This document shows, piece after piece, positions 46,914-57,214 of a stretch of 64,000 nucleotides of DNA. Origin of the DNA: Clostridia bacterium (GTDB lineage Bacteria; Bacillota; Clostridia; Oscillospirales; Acutalibacteraceae); contig JAGASD010000048.1 in assembly GCA_017621885.1 (NCBI GenBank), positions 7,013-71,012 on the forward strand, read 5' to 3'. How positions within the stretch are numbered: the stretch's first letter is position 1; every line of letters starts with the position of its first letter. The notes beneath the pieces were generated by a model. The model worked only from the letters and a program-made list of their open reading frames with translations. It was not told the origin of the DNA and did not search any database. Made by a program: the position numbers and the translations under genes.

Positions 46914-48356
46914 ATGGAGGATTATATTATGGGTGTTAATGAATTTGCTGCAAAAGCGGTTAGAAAAATCGGTAAAATGAGCTCAAAAAAGCTTATCAGA
47001 AAAGGTGTTAAAGCATCACCTCTTCCCAGACCCGAGCCTACAGTTATTAAGGGAGATAAATATTGTTGCGGTTACGCCGTAAGAGAAGTTATGCCCGATG
47101 ATATTCACGCGAAAAAATATTGGATTGCCGGCCACGGTATGGGCCACGTAATTGAAAAAGTTCACGACCCTGTTACAGTAAGTGCAATGTGGATTGGCGC
47201 AGATGATAACGGTGGATTTATACATATAAGCGCGGATATTATCGGTCTTACAAACTACGAGCTTAACATTGTCCGCGCACGTTTGAGTGATTTTATTGAA
47301 AAAAGCAAATGCGCAGGTGTGTTTGTTTCTTGTACTCATCAGCACGCAGGCTTTGATACTGTCGGTTATTGGGGTCAGCTTATGAAGCTTCAGAGCGGTA
47401 AGGACCCTGAATATATGGAAAAATTGCTTAGCTCACTTGAAGCTGTTGCACGTGAAGCATACGAAAACAGAAAGCCCGGCAAGCTTTATATCGGCACAGT
47501 AAGTGTTCCCGAAGCACAGTTCTGCAAACGCGAGCCTAATGCATTGCACGATGTTCTCACAAGAACAAAATTTGTTCCCGATGACGGTTCAACAGAAACC
47601 TGGTTCCTTAATTACGAGGCACATCCCAACACCTTGGGTGGCGACAACCGTGAGTGCGGTGCAGATTATCCTTATTGGCTCAGAAAATATATCAACGATG
47701 AAAAGACAGTTAACGTTCTTTTCGGTGTAGGTGCTATCGGTGCAGTTGACCCGGGTGATTTCTGCGATGATAAAAAAGAAAGAACACGTCTTGAAGGTCT
47801 TACCCTTGCAAAAGCATCTCTCGGTATCGACAATGATAAAGAAATGCCTGTTGAGATTACAGTTCTTCAGCATAAATACTACTCACCCGTTGATAACGGA
47901 CTTCTTGCTCTTATGGCAACAATCAATGCTTGTTCTTCACAGCGTTATCCTTGTGATAAGGGTGATTTAGGTCTTGCACTTCTTACGGAAATGGCTTACA
48001 TAAAGCTTGGTACACAGCAGATTTTGCTTCTGCCGGGTGAACCTTTCCCCGAGGTTATTTACGGTGGCGCCGCAGATGCTGATAAGTCCGCAACAGGTAA
48101 AGGTACTGAAATTAACCCAACTCCCATTATTGATATAGTCGGAGATAAGGATTTGCTCGTTTACTGCGTTACCAACGATATGACAGGTTACTGCGTAACT
48201 CCGAATGATTACATTCTTCATAAAACCCAGCCTTACATTGAGCAGGGTACAGATGTTTTCGACAGGAGACATTATCACGAAACAAACTCTTTAGGCTACC
48301 TCACAAACGAAACGATTGCCGAAAATGTTGCCGATATAATGAAAAGAGTGAAATAA
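46914..48356 (+). CDS. Cytoplasmic neutral-ceramidase-like hydrolase (paralogue 2)
   Basis: VSCTHQHAGFDTVGYWG, NYEAHPNTLGG and RRHYHETNSLGY align with the motifs of paralogues 1 and 3. No signal peptide. Confidence 0.5.
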   Translation: MEDYIMGVNEFAAKAVRKIGKMSSKKLIRKGVKASPLPRPEPTVIKGDKYCCGYAVREVMPDDIHAKKYWIAGHGMGHVIEKVHDPVTVSAMWIGADDNGGFIHISADIIGLTNYELNIVRARLSDFIEKSKCAGVFVSCTHQHAGFDTVGYWGQLMKLQSGKDPEYMEKLLSSLEAVAREAYENRKPGKLYIGTVSVPEAQFCKREPNALHDVLTRTKFVPDDGSTETWFLNYEAHPNTLGGDNRECGADYPYWLRKYINDEKTVNVLFGVGAIGAVDPGDFCDDKKERTRLEGLTLAKASLGIDNDKEMPVEITVLQHKYYSPVDNGLLALMATINACSSQRYPCDKGDLGLALLTEMAYIKLGTQQILLLPGEPFPEVIYGGAADADKSATGKGTEINPTPIIDIVGDKDLLVYCVTNDMTGYCVTPNDYILHKTQPYIEQGTDVFDRRHYHETNSLGYLTNETIAENVADIMKRVK

Positions 48357-48473
48357 ATATAACAAGGCGCAAAACGGTTTACATTCCTAAGCACATATAT
48401 TTAAGTCGTACAGAGTGTATCTGTGCTAACTTAGAAGAAAGGTAGGGAGTTTTCTCCCTTTTCGGTATTTTTT

Positions 48474-50156
48474 TTGAATAAGCAAAAACAGAGGGAAATC
48501 CTTGATAAAACTATAAACGGTGCACTGAGAGCTTTTGCCGCTTCCGTTAAATCGGGTAATGAGGTCCTGACGTCGGATTCTTTTGTCACCGATAATTTCT
48601 ATATCGGAACGCCTGCATTTTTAAATGAATGTATCAGTAATTCCAAATGGAGTCTTGGCTTTGCGGATGTTGTTTTAACCCCTGTCGATTATAAAAAGCG
48701 CGAGTATTATATGGGTGGCTATATGGTTCCCGATAACAAGTTTAAAAACCTTGTTGAAGATGTTGTTGATAATATGATGGGACGTGCTGTTGCTCTTGAT
48801 GACGGTTCCGACAGAGGTGTATCTCTCTTTTGCACGATTGACTGTATCGGTATTGCGAACAGTGATATAAAAGAAATCAGAAAGCTTTTTAAAGAAAAGG
48901 CCGAAAGGATTTATCCCGATAAGAAAATTAACTCGATAAATATTTTTTCAACTCATGCTCACAGTTGTGTCGATACACAAGGCTTGTGGACTGAGTTTCC
49001 GTCAAAGCTTCTGAGAAATCTCAGAAGAAAATATACGGGCAAAGGTGTTCTTGAAAAGGGTGCGGATGAGCAGTATATGCGTTTTTTGTATGAGCGTGTA
49101 AGCGAGGCTCTTATGAATGCATTGGGCAATATGGTACCCGGTGAAATGAGCTTTGCCCGAAAGGATATTACCGAGGATTATTTTGTCAATAAAAACAGAC
49201 CCTCTGCAACGGGTATTGTTACGGATATCACAAGGCTTACCTTTACACCCGATGATATGAATAACACACCTACTATAATAGTTAATCTTCCTGCACATCC
49301 CGATGTTGCCGGATTGGCTGTTAAGGGTGAAAAGGGTTCAGGTCGTCGCCTTTCAGGTGAGTATGTGTATTATATGGGCGAAGTGATAAATAAAGCAGGA
49401 TATAACTTTATGTTTTTTAATGGTGCAATTTGTGCTATTTATATGTCCTGCGATAAGTCTAACGACGGCTTAAAGCTTAACCACAGATACGAAATGTCTG
49501 TACGTTTCGGTAGAGAAATCGGGAAAATTACCCTTTCTCTTACCAAAACACTTGATGAAATTAAAAAAGATAACCTGCTCTATGATGAGCAGGAAATAAA
49601 AAAAGAGGCCGAGCTTGCAAAAAGAAACGGCGGTAAATATACCCTTTGGTGTGAGAATTGGGAGCCGGTGCAGGAAATTAAAATTGATCCGATTCTCAAT
49701 ATCAGATTAAAACAGATTAAAATACCGGTAAAAAATAATCTCATGGTGGCGGTTGGCAAGCTGAAACTTGCCAACTTTAAGGTGATTTGTGAAGAAAACC
49801 AATACTATGTTTGGTCCGAGATAGGTTATATAGAGCTTGGCAAACAGATTAAAATCGCAATGGTCCCCGGTGAGTTTTGCTGTGATTTGTTAGTGGGCGG
49901 TGCATCCCTTTATGCTGAAGGTTCCGTCACCCATACTGATTTCGGACTTCCTGCACTTGGTGAAATATTCGGCGAAGACACAATTGTTTTCGGCCTTGCA
50001 AATGATGCAGTGGGTTATATTGTTCCGGATAACGACTATACAATGGGTGATCCGCAGCATCATTATCACGAGCTAATTTCATTGGGGTGTGAAACCGGTT
50101 CTTCTGTAATGAAAGGCTTTGTTGAATTATCCGGATTAATTAACGAAAATCGCTGA
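48474..50156 (+). CDS. Cytoplasmic neutral-ceramidase-like hydrolase (paralogue 3)
   Basis: FSTHAHSCVDTQGLW, NLPAHPDVAGL and NDAVGYIVPDNDYTMGDPQHHYHELISLG, closest to paralogue 1. The only available start is TTG 48474. It has no obvious SD and follows a weak hairpin plus T-run (48444-48473), so start confidence is low. Confidence 0.5.
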   Translation: MNKQKQREILDKTINGALRAFAASVKSGNEVLTSDSFVTDNFYIGTPAFLNECISNSKWSLGFADVVLTPVDYKKREYYMGGYMVPDNKFKNLVEDVVDNMMGRAVALDDGSDRGVSLFCTIDCIGIANSDIKEIRKLFKEKAERIYPDKKINSINIFSTHAHSCVDTQGLWTEFPSKLLRNLRRKYTGKGVLEKGADEQYMRFLYERVSEALMNALGNMVPGEMSFARKDITEDYFVNKNRPSATGIVTDITRLTFTPDDMNNTPTIIVNLPAHPDVAGLAVKGEKGSGRRLSGEYVYYMGEVINKAGYNFMFFNGAICAIYMSCDKSNDGLKLNHRYEMSVRFGREIGKITLSLTKTLDEIKKDNLLYDEQEIKKEAELAKRNGGKYTLWCENWEPVQEIKIDPILNIRLKQIKIPVKNNLMVAVGKLKLANFKVICEENQYYVWSEIGYIELGKQIKIAMVPGEFCCDLLVGGASLYAEGSVTHTDFGLPALGEIFGEDTIVFGLANDAVGYIVPDNDYTMGDPQHHYHELISLGCETGSSVMKGFVELSGLINENR

Positions 50157-50170
50157 ACAGGAGTTTTTAT

Positions 50171-51070
50171 ATGAAATTTTATCTCGGCATAGATGGCGGA
50201 GGAACCCGTACAACTGCAAGTGTTTGTGACGAGAAGGGGACATTGGTGTGCAAAGTTACGGGGAAAACAATTAATTTTTATTCTATCGGTATGAGGAATG
50301 CCCGTAAAAACCTTTCGGAAATTATGAGCGATGTTTATAAAAATATAGGCGAAGTCACGTTCGAGAATGCTTTTATCGGTTGCTCTGCCTTAGATAACAG
50401 AGCGGATTCCGATACTACAAACGCTCTTTGCTCAGATATAATTATAAGTAAAAATATCACTATGGACAGTGATACATACGTTGCACTTTTTTCAGGGGAC
50501 TGTTCAGTTTCACGTGCTGTTGTTATCTGCGGCACAGGTTCAATGGCAACGGGCATTGACGAAAAAATTCATACTAAAAGCGGTTGGGGTCACGTTATAG
50601 GTGACGGAGGCTCTGCTTATTCAATTGCAGTTAACGGTTTAAGTGAAGCGGTAAATCTTTTTGATGAAAACAAATCAGATTCGCCATTGGTTAAAGCTGC
50701 TCAGCATTTTTTTAAAACTGATAACCTACGCAATATAATTGATGTAGTTTATAATGAAAATACAACTAAGGACGTTATTGCGGGCTTTGCCAAATGTGTT
50801 TCCGGTGAAGCCGAAAACGGTGATGAAATATCTCTTGATATATTAAAAGGTGAATGCAATAAGCTCCTGAGAACAGTTTATTCTCTTATCGATCAAATGA
50901 ATTCTTGTGACATTCTTTATCTTTATGGGGGAGTTTTTCAGAATAGCACTTTGTTCAGAGAGCTTTTTACTGAATCGTTTAACGAAAAATTTCCGGGAAT
51001 AAAAGCGGAATTACTCTCATTACCGCCCGACGAAGGCGCGTTAAAGCTGGCGAGGGAACAGTATGAGTAA
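50171..51070 (+). CDS. BadF/BadG/BcrA/BcrD-type ATPase (N-acetylglucosamine-kinase-like)
   Basis: YLGIDGGGTRTT phosphate-1 motif and GTGSMA. Confidence 0.7.
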   Translation: MKFYLGIDGGGTRTTASVCDEKGTLVCKVTGKTINFYSIGMRNARKNLSEIMSDVYKNIGEVTFENAFIGCSALDNRADSDTTNALCSDIIISKNITMDSDTYVALFSGDCSVSRAVVICGTGSMATGIDEKIHTKSGWGHVIGDGGSAYSIAVNGLSEAVNLFDENKSDSPLVKAAQHFFKTDNLRNIIDVVYNENTTKDVIAGFAKCVSGEAENGDEISLDILKGECNKLLRTVYSLIDQMNSCDILYLYGGVFQNSTLFRELFTESFNEKFPGIKAELLSLPPDEGALKLAREQYE

Positions 51071-51800
51071 ATACATTGAGTATATTGAAAATATACAGAG
51101 TATCATTGAAAAAGTTAAAATTGATGGTGTCGGTAGTATATTGAAAACTGCTGAGGTTTTTAAGGATGCCTTAATGCATGGTAAAAAGCTCTTCCTTTTC
51201 GGTACCGGGCATTCTCATATGCTGGCAGAAGAGCTTTTTTACAGAGCAGGGGGTCTTGTTGAAATAAGACCGATTTTGTGTGAACCTCTTATGCTTCACG
51301 AATCTGCCTCCGAAAGCACTGTTATTGAAAGGAAAGAAGGTCTTGCAGAAAGCCTTTTTGATGAATATGGAATAAGCGGCGGTGATGTAATTGTCATTAT
51401 TTCCAACTCAGGCAGAAACGGTGTAGTTGTTGATATGGCTCTTTTGTGTAAAGACAGAGGCGTTAATGTTATTGCTCTTACCAATATAAATCACACAATG
51501 AGTGGTGCGTCCCGTCATAAAAGCGGAAAAAGACTTTGTGAAATTGCAGATATTGTTCTTGATAATTACGGATGTACGGGGGATGCATGTATTGAAGTTT
51601 CGGGAGTAGAAGGAAAAATCTGCCCCACGTCAACTGTTATCGGCTCGTTGATTCTTAATTGCGTTGTTTCCCATTGCGTTGAGCTTTGCGCAGCAGAAGG
51701 TTTTATACCCGAGCATTTTGCGAGTGCCAACATTGACGGCGGCGATGAAATAAATAATAAACTATTAGAGAAATATAAAAAGGAGATAAAGCATTTATGA
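51063..51800 (+). CDS. SIS-domain protein (UPF0309-like)
   Basis: FGTGHSHMLAEELFYRAGGL and SNSGRN motifs. Overlaps both neighbours. Confidence 0.7.
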   Translation: MSKYIEYIENIQSIIEKVKIDGVGSILKTAEVFKDALMHGKKLFLFGTGHSHMLAEELFYRAGGLVEIRPILCEPLMLHESASESTVIERKEGLAESLFDEYGISGGDVIVIISNSGRNGVVVDMALLCKDRGVNVIALTNINHTMSGASRHKSGKRLCEIADIVLDNYGCTGDACIEVSGVEGKICPTSTVIGSLILNCVVSHCVELCAAEGFIPEHFASANIDGGDEINNKLLEKYKKEIKHL

Positions 51801-53440
51801 TTTATCCCAAAATACAGAAAAATGAACTTAACGGAAATCCTTTAAATATTGATTCTGTGAAAATCAGCGGTGATTTCAAAGAAATTGCCGGGTTTGTGTT
51901 CAATAGAGAGAACATCAAAACAGACGGAGATTTTGATGTTTCAATTAAAATAACCAATTCAAGAAAAACTACTTATATTGAAGAAATTTCAAGAATAAGT
52001 GATGAAAAATATTTTATTACTGTTTCAGAAAACGGTGCAATTATTGAAACTTCCACCGCCAAAGGTGTTTTCAGAGCCGTTAATACCCTTTCAAAGCTTA
52101 TAAATAAAAACGAACTGAAAACGGGTAAGCTTGAGGATTATCCGCTTTTTGAAACCCGTGGTTATATTGAAGGCTTTTACGGTCCTACGTGGAGTCATAT
52201 AAGCAGGCTTTCCGTAATGCAGCTTATGGCAAAATACGGGATGAACACATATTTTTATGCGCCCAAGGATGATATTTATCACCGCGAAAAATGGCGTGAA
52301 AAATATCCGCAGAAGGAGTGGAATGACCTTAAAGCATTGTTTGATGCATCTGCCGAGAATTATCTGGATTTCAATTGGTGCGTAGGTCCCGGACTTTCGT
52401 ATAAATATACTTCTGATGAAGATTTTGACTTGCTTATTGAAAAATTCAAGAGCATTTATTCTATGGGGGTAAGAGGCTTCGGCTTGCTGCTTGATGATAT
52501 TCCGTGGGATTTTCAGTATGATGAAGATGCCGAAAAATATGACGGTATAGTTGATGCTCACATTGACCTTGTAAACAGAACGTATAACGCACTTAAAGAG
52601 TTTGACAGTAATATAAAGCTAACTGTTTGTCCTACCCAGTACAGCGGTGACGAAAACGGCTACTATGTTTCAAAATTCGGTAAGGGTATACCGTCCGACG
52701 TTAAAATGTTCTGGACGGGTGAGGAAATCTGCTCAAGAGTTTTGACTGTAAGAGAATCACAGGAGCTGCTTCGTGCAACTGAGCACAGACCGCTTTTCTG
52801 GGATAATTATCCCGTAAACGATTGTGAAATGTTCCGGGAAATGCACCTTGGTGCTCTCATAGGCAGGGATAAAGAACTTTATAAAGCGTGTGACGGGCTT
52901 ATTTCAAACGTTATGGAATATGCCGAGTGCAGTAAAATCCCCCTTATGACAATTGCAGATTATTTGTGGAATCCCCAAGCTTATAATCCTGATAATTCTC
53001 TCAGAAATGCACATTATGAAATGTTGGGTGAAAAAGCAGAATTGTTTAAATATTTTGCTGACCACCTTGGTGTTTCCTGTCTCTCAAAATACAGCTCTTC
53101 GCTAATGAGTGAAACTCTTTCTAAAATCAGTTTCCTTTTGAGCAAAGGTGAAATTGAAAAAGGACTTGAGGTTTTTGACGAGTATAACAAGAATATGCGC
53201 GAGTGTCTTGAAATGCTTCAGGAAGAAACAGTACCGCTTTTCAAAGAGATGAAAAAATGGGTTAAGAAATTTTCAATGTGTTGCGATTTACTTGATGCAA
53301 TTTCCAACGCAAAGAAAAATCCATCCAAGGATAATATGAGTGTTCTTTCGGAACTTACCGGAAAATACAATTCCGACGGAACTCTTCTTACAGGCTTCTG
53401 CTTGAGAGAAATGGCAGAAAAGACGTTAAATTTATATTGA
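51797..53440 (+). CDS. GH84 beta-N-acetylglucosaminidase (O-GlcNAcase-like), cytoplasmic
   Basis: RGYIEGFYGPTWSHISRL, NTYFYAPKDDIYHREKWRE and the catalytic DD in GLLLDDIPWDF. No signal peptide. Confidence 0.8.
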   Translation: MIYPKIQKNELNGNPLNIDSVKISGDFKEIAGFVFNRENIKTDGDFDVSIKITNSRKTTYIEEISRISDEKYFITVSENGAIIETSTAKGVFRAVNTLSKLINKNELKTGKLEDYPLFETRGYIEGFYGPTWSHISRLSVMQLMAKYGMNTYFYAPKDDIYHREKWREKYPQKEWNDLKALFDASAENYLDFNWCVGPGLSYKYTSDEDFDLLIEKFKSIYSMGVRGFGLLLDDIPWDFQYDEDAEKYDGIVDAHIDLVNRTYNALKEFDSNIKLTVCPTQYSGDENGYYVSKFGKGIPSDVKMFWTGEEICSRVLTVRESQELLRATEHRPLFWDNYPVNDCEMFREMHLGALIGRDKELYKACDGLISNVMEYAECSKIPLMTIADYLWNPQAYNPDNSLRNAHYEMLGEKAELFKYFADHLGVSCLSKYSSSLMSETLSKISFLLSKGEIEKGLEVFDEYNKNMRECLEMLQEETVPLFKEMKKWVKKFSMCCDLLDAISNAKKNPSKDNMSVLSELTGKYNSDGTLLTGFCLREMAEKTLNLY

Positions 53441-53458
53441 TTTATTGATGGTGAAAAT

Positions 53459-54019
53459 ATGTACATAAACGAAAATACTTTTAACATTCATCCCGAAAAA
53501 ACCGCAACAGAAAAAGAAATGGAAAGCTATCTTTTTCTTGAAAATAACGGTGTTGATTATATCCGTGCAGAGCACGATGAGGCAGCAACAATTGAACTTT
53601 GCGAGGGTGTCGAGAAGATTATTAATGCAAAAATCTGTAAAAACCTTCTTCTTTGTAACCGTCAGCAAACAAAGTTTTATATGCTGCTTATTCCGGGCGA
53701 TATGCCCTTTAAAACAAAGTATCTTTCTTCTCAGATAAATTCATCCCGTCTTTCTTTTGCAAGCGGTGAACAAATGGAAAAGCTTCTTAACGTTTCACCG
53801 GGCTCTTTGACAGTTCTTTCGCTTATGTATGACAAAGAAAAAACTGTTGAGCTTCTCATTGAAAAGAATGTTTTTAACGATGAATTTTTTGCTTGTCATC
53901 CGTGTGTTAATACAGCAACGGTTCGTTTCCTTACAAGCGATTTAAAAGAAAAGGTTCTTCCTGCTTTAGGCAGAGAATATACAATTGTTGACTTGGAGGG
54001 CCCGGAAGATGAAGTTTGA
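53459..54019 (+). CDS. YbaK/ProX-type aminoacyl-tRNA trans-editing domain protein
   Basis: CKNLLLCNRQQTKFYMLLIPGD and PGSLTVLSL are typical of the prolyl-tRNA-synthetase-associated deacylase family. Confidence 0.65.
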   Translation: MYINENTFNIHPEKTATEKEMESYLFLENNGVDYIRAEHDEAATIELCEGVEKIINAKICKNLLLCNRQQTKFYMLLIPGDMPFKTKYLSSQINSSRLSFASGEQMEKLLNVSPGSLTVLSLMYDKEKTVELLIEKNVFNDEFFACHPCVNTATVRFLTSDLKEKVLPALGREYTIVDLEGPEDEV

Positions 54020-54656
54020 TACAGTAATATTTGACCTGGACGGTACTATACTTGATACCCTTGGTGATTTAAGGGACAGCGTGAATTTTGCTTTAGAAAA
54101 AAACGGCTTGCCTTGTCGAAGTACGGATGAAATACGCGCTTTCGTCGGTAACGGAATCCGTCTTCTGATTGAAAGAGCAGTCCCGCTTAACACAGAAAAA
54201 GAAGTTGTCGATAAATGCTTTGCGGATTTCAAAGAGCACTACAAAAACAATTCTGCAAATTTAACAAAGCCGTATGACGGTGTTGTTGATGTGCTGTATC
54301 GGTTAAAAAGCAAAGGCGTTAAGCTTTCCGTTGTTTCAAATAAAGCGGATTTTGCCGTGCAACCGCTTGTTGAGAAGTATTTTGACGGTATTTTCGATTT
54401 TGCCGTAGGAGAAAAAGAGGGGGTAAGGCGTAAGCCGTTTCCCGACTCTGTTTTAACAGCAATGCATTGCCTTGGCGCACACAAGGACACTACCGCATAC
54501 GTAGGCGACTCAGAGGTGGATGTTGAAACTGCATCTAATTCAGCTATTCCTTGTATTGCGGTTACCTGGGGCTTCAGAGATAAACAGGTTTTAGAATGTC
54601 TTAAACCTGAATATATTATTGATAATCCCGAAGAAATTATAAAAATTATAGAATGA
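54009..54656 (+). CDS. HAD-superfamily phosphatase (phosphoglycolate phosphatase-like)
   Basis: Motif I is FDLDGTILDT, motif II VVSNK and motif IV VGDSEVDV. ATG 54009 follows GGAGGG. Confidence 0.8.
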   Translation: MKFDTVIFDLDGTILDTLGDLRDSVNFALEKNGLPCRSTDEIRAFVGNGIRLLIERAVPLNTEKEVVDKCFADFKEHYKNNSANLTKPYDGVVDVLYRLKSKGVKLSVVSNKADFAVQPLVEKYFDGIFDFAVGEKEGVRRKPFPDSVLTAMHCLGAHKDTTAYVGDSEVDVETASNSAIPCIAVTWGFRDKQVLECLKPEYIIDNPEEIIKIIE

Positions 54657-54665
54657 GGTGTTTTT

Positions 54666-55292
54666 ATGAAGGTTTTACTTGTTAACGGCGGTCCTCACGA
54701 AAGAGGTTGTACATACACAGCTCTTTGTGAAATTGAAAAAGAACTCAAAGCTAACGGTATTGAATCCGAAATTTTCTGGCTTGGCAATAAATCCGTAAGA
54801 GGTTGTATCGGTTGCGGCAAATGCAGAGATAACGACGGTCATTGTGTGTTTAATGATGATGTCGCCAATATTCTTATTGATAAAGCGGCTGAATGTGACG
54901 GCTTTGTTTTTGGTTCACCTGTTCACTATGCGGCACCTTCGGGTACAATTTGCGCGGTTCTTGACAGAGCATTTTATGCCGGAGGAAAGAATTTCAAATA
55001 TAAACCCGGTGCTGCTGTTTTAAGCTGTAGAAGAGCCGGTTCAACGGCGGCTTTTGACGTTCTTAATAAATATTTTACCATAAGCAATATGCCCATTATT
55101 TCTTCAGGCTATTGGAATATGGTTCACGGTTCAAAAGCAGAGGATGTTCTTCAGGATCAAGAAGGTCTTCAGATTATGAGAACCTTGGGTAAAAATATGT
55201 CTTGGATGCTCAGATGCATTGATTGCGGCAGACGTAATAATATCTTAAAACCTGAGGATGAAGCAAAAATAAAAACTAATTTTATCAGATAA
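54666..55292 (+). CDS. Flavodoxin-like NAD(P)H-dependent FMN reductase with an extra Cys cluster
   Basis: MKVLLVNGGPHERGCTY start, CIGCGKCRDNDGHC cluster, 208 aa. Confidence 0.65.
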   Translation: MKVLLVNGGPHERGCTYTALCEIEKELKANGIESEIFWLGNKSVRGCIGCGKCRDNDGHCVFNDDVANILIDKAAECDGFVFGSPVHYAAPSGTICAVLDRAFYAGGKNFKYKPGAAVLSCRRAGSTAAFDVLNKYFTISNMPIISSGYWNMVHGSKAEDVLQDQEGLQIMRTLGKNMSWMLRCIDCGRRNNILKPEDEAKIKTNFIR

Positions 55293-55366
55293 TTGATTTT
55301 GATGATTATTGGTGATATACTATCTGTTAGTGTCTTTGTTATGATACAAAAGAAAGGACGATTGTT

Positions 55367-57070
55367 ATGAACGATATTCACGCACTCTACAAGCTCTGGA
55401 AAGAGAAAGCTGTTTTGGATTGCGATTTGCAGGAGGAATTAGCGTCAGTTGACGGAAACGAGGAAGAAATTCTCGACCGTTTTTATAAAAGTCTTGAGTT
55501 CGGTACAGGCGGCTTGAGGGGTGTTATCGGTGCGGGTACAAACCGTATGAACGTTTACACCGTAGGTCAGGCTACACAGGGTTTGGCAGATTACCTCAAT
55601 GAAACCTTTGAAGAGCCCACAGTTGCTATTGCTTACGATTCCCGTATTAAATCAGACGTTTTTGCTCAATGTGCTGCAGGTGTTCTTGCCGCTAACGGTG
55701 TTAAGGTTTATATTTACCCTGAGCTTATGCCTACACCTATGCTTTCTTTCGCTGTGAGAAGATTGCATTGCTCTTCGGGTATTGTGCTTACTGCGAGCCA
55801 TAACCCTTCAAAATATAATGGCTTTAAGTGCTACGATCCCACGGGATACCAGATTACTGATGAGGCTGCTGCAAAGATTTACGGTTATATGAAAAACGTT
55901 GATATGTTCGACGGTGTTAAACGTATGTCCTTTGAAGATGCGCTTGCAGACGATATGGTTGATTTTATTGAGGATTGGTTAAAGGACGAATTCCTTGATT
56001 GCGTTCTTGACTGTTCAATAAACAAGGACGTAGTTAAAAATTCGGGCATTAAGGTTCTTTATACCCCCCTTAACGGTACCGGAAACAAGCCCGTACGCAG
56101 AGTTCTTAAAAAATTAGGTGTTAAGGAATTGCAGATTGTTAAATCTCAGGAAAAGCCCGACGGTAATTTCCCCACTTGCCCTTATCCCAACCCTGAAATT
56201 CGTCAGGTATTTGAAGAAGGTCTTGCAATGACAGAGGATTTCCCTGCAGATATTATGATTGCAACCGACCCCGACTGTGACCGCGTTGGTATTGCCGTTC
56301 GTGATGAGGGCGAATACAAGCTTATGACGGGTAACGAGGTTGGCGCAATGCTTTGTGAATACCTTCTTTCAGAGCTTAAAGCAAAGGGTCAGCTTCCCGA
56401 AAGCCCCGTTATTGTTAAAACAATTGTTACAACACCTCTCATTGCATCAATCTGCAAAGAATATAATGCGGATATGCGTGACCTTCTCACAGGCTTCAAA
56501 TATATTGGTGAATGTATCACAGAGCTTGAAGAAAAGGGTGAAGAGGGCAGATATGTTCTCGGTCTTGAGGAAAGCTACGGCTACCTTACAGGTATTCACG
56601 CCCGTGATAAAGACGCTGTAAACGGTGCTATGATCATTTGTGAAATGGCTGCATTCTATAAATCAAAGGGTATCACTCTCTGGCAGTTTATGAACAGCAT
56701 TTATGAGAAATACGGCTATTTCTTCAATCAGCTTGATAACTATGCATTTGAAGGCGCTGCAGGTATGCAGAAAATGGCTGATATGATGGATTCCCTCAGG
56801 AACGAACCGCCAAAGGAGATTTGCGGCAGCAAGGTTATCTGGGTTGGTGACTATAAAACCGGTGTTACAACCGATGGTGAAACAGGACTTCCCAAATCAA
56901 ACGTTCTTTCTTACAGAATGGAAAGCGGGGACACAGTAATTGTAAGACCTTCGGGCACAGAGCCTAAAATTAAAATCTACATTACCGCAAAGGCAACTTC
57001 AAGAGAGGAAGCAGAGAATAAGCTTCAGGTGATTTCCGGCAGTGTAAAAGCTCTTCTCGGTATTGAATAA
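55367..57070 (+). CDS. Phosphoglucomutase/phosphomannomutase family protein
   Basis: Active-site loop TASHNPSKYNGFK, metal loop DPDCDR, 567 aa. Confidence 0.9.
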   Translation: MNDIHALYKLWKEKAVLDCDLQEELASVDGNEEEILDRFYKSLEFGTGGLRGVIGAGTNRMNVYTVGQATQGLADYLNETFEEPTVAIAYDSRIKSDVFAQCAAGVLAANGVKVYIYPELMPTPMLSFAVRRLHCSSGIVLTASHNPSKYNGFKCYDPTGYQITDEAAAKIYGYMKNVDMFDGVKRMSFEDALADDMVDFIEDWLKDEFLDCVLDCSINKDVVKNSGIKVLYTPLNGTGNKPVRRVLKKLGVKELQIVKSQEKPDGNFPTCPYPNPEIRQVFEEGLAMTEDFPADIMIATDPDCDRVGIAVRDEGEYKLMTGNEVGAMLCEYLLSELKAKGQLPESPVIVKTIVTTPLIASICKEYNADMRDLLTGFKYIGECITELEEKGEEGRYVLGLEESYGYLTGIHARDKDAVNGAMIICEMAAFYKSKGITLWQFMNSIYEKYGYFFNQLDNYAFEGAAGMQKMADMMDSLRNEPPKEICGSKVIWVGDYKTGVTTDGETGLPKSNVLSYRMESGDTVIVRPSGTEPKIKIYITAKATSREEAENKLQVISGSVKALLGIE

Positions 57071-57165
57071 TGTTTAGTGATAAGGCAAAAAGAATTGTAT
57101 GTATAGTGCTTGCCGCTTTAATGGGTTTAAGCGTTTTTAGTGCAGTTTTAGGAATAGTTTTTTAA
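57070..57165 (+). CDS. Possible 31-aa single-TM mini-protein overlapping the pgm stop
   Basis: ATAATG overlap. MFSDKAKRIVCIVLAALMGLSVFSAVLGIVF. No independent support. Confidence 0.2.
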   Translation: MFSDKAKRIVCIVLAALMGLSVFSAVLGIVF

Positions 57166-57171
57166 ATGAAT

Positions 57172-57199
57172 TACCGCCACCTCTGTTGAGGTGGCGGTA
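57172..57199. terminator. Intrinsic terminator between pgm and the Cys-rich mini-gene
   Basis: 12-bp stem TACCGCCACCTC/GAGGTGGCGGTA, with a T-rich tract downstream on the plus strand. Confidence 0.75.
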
Positions 57200-57214
57200 A
57201 ACTTCTTTTATTTT

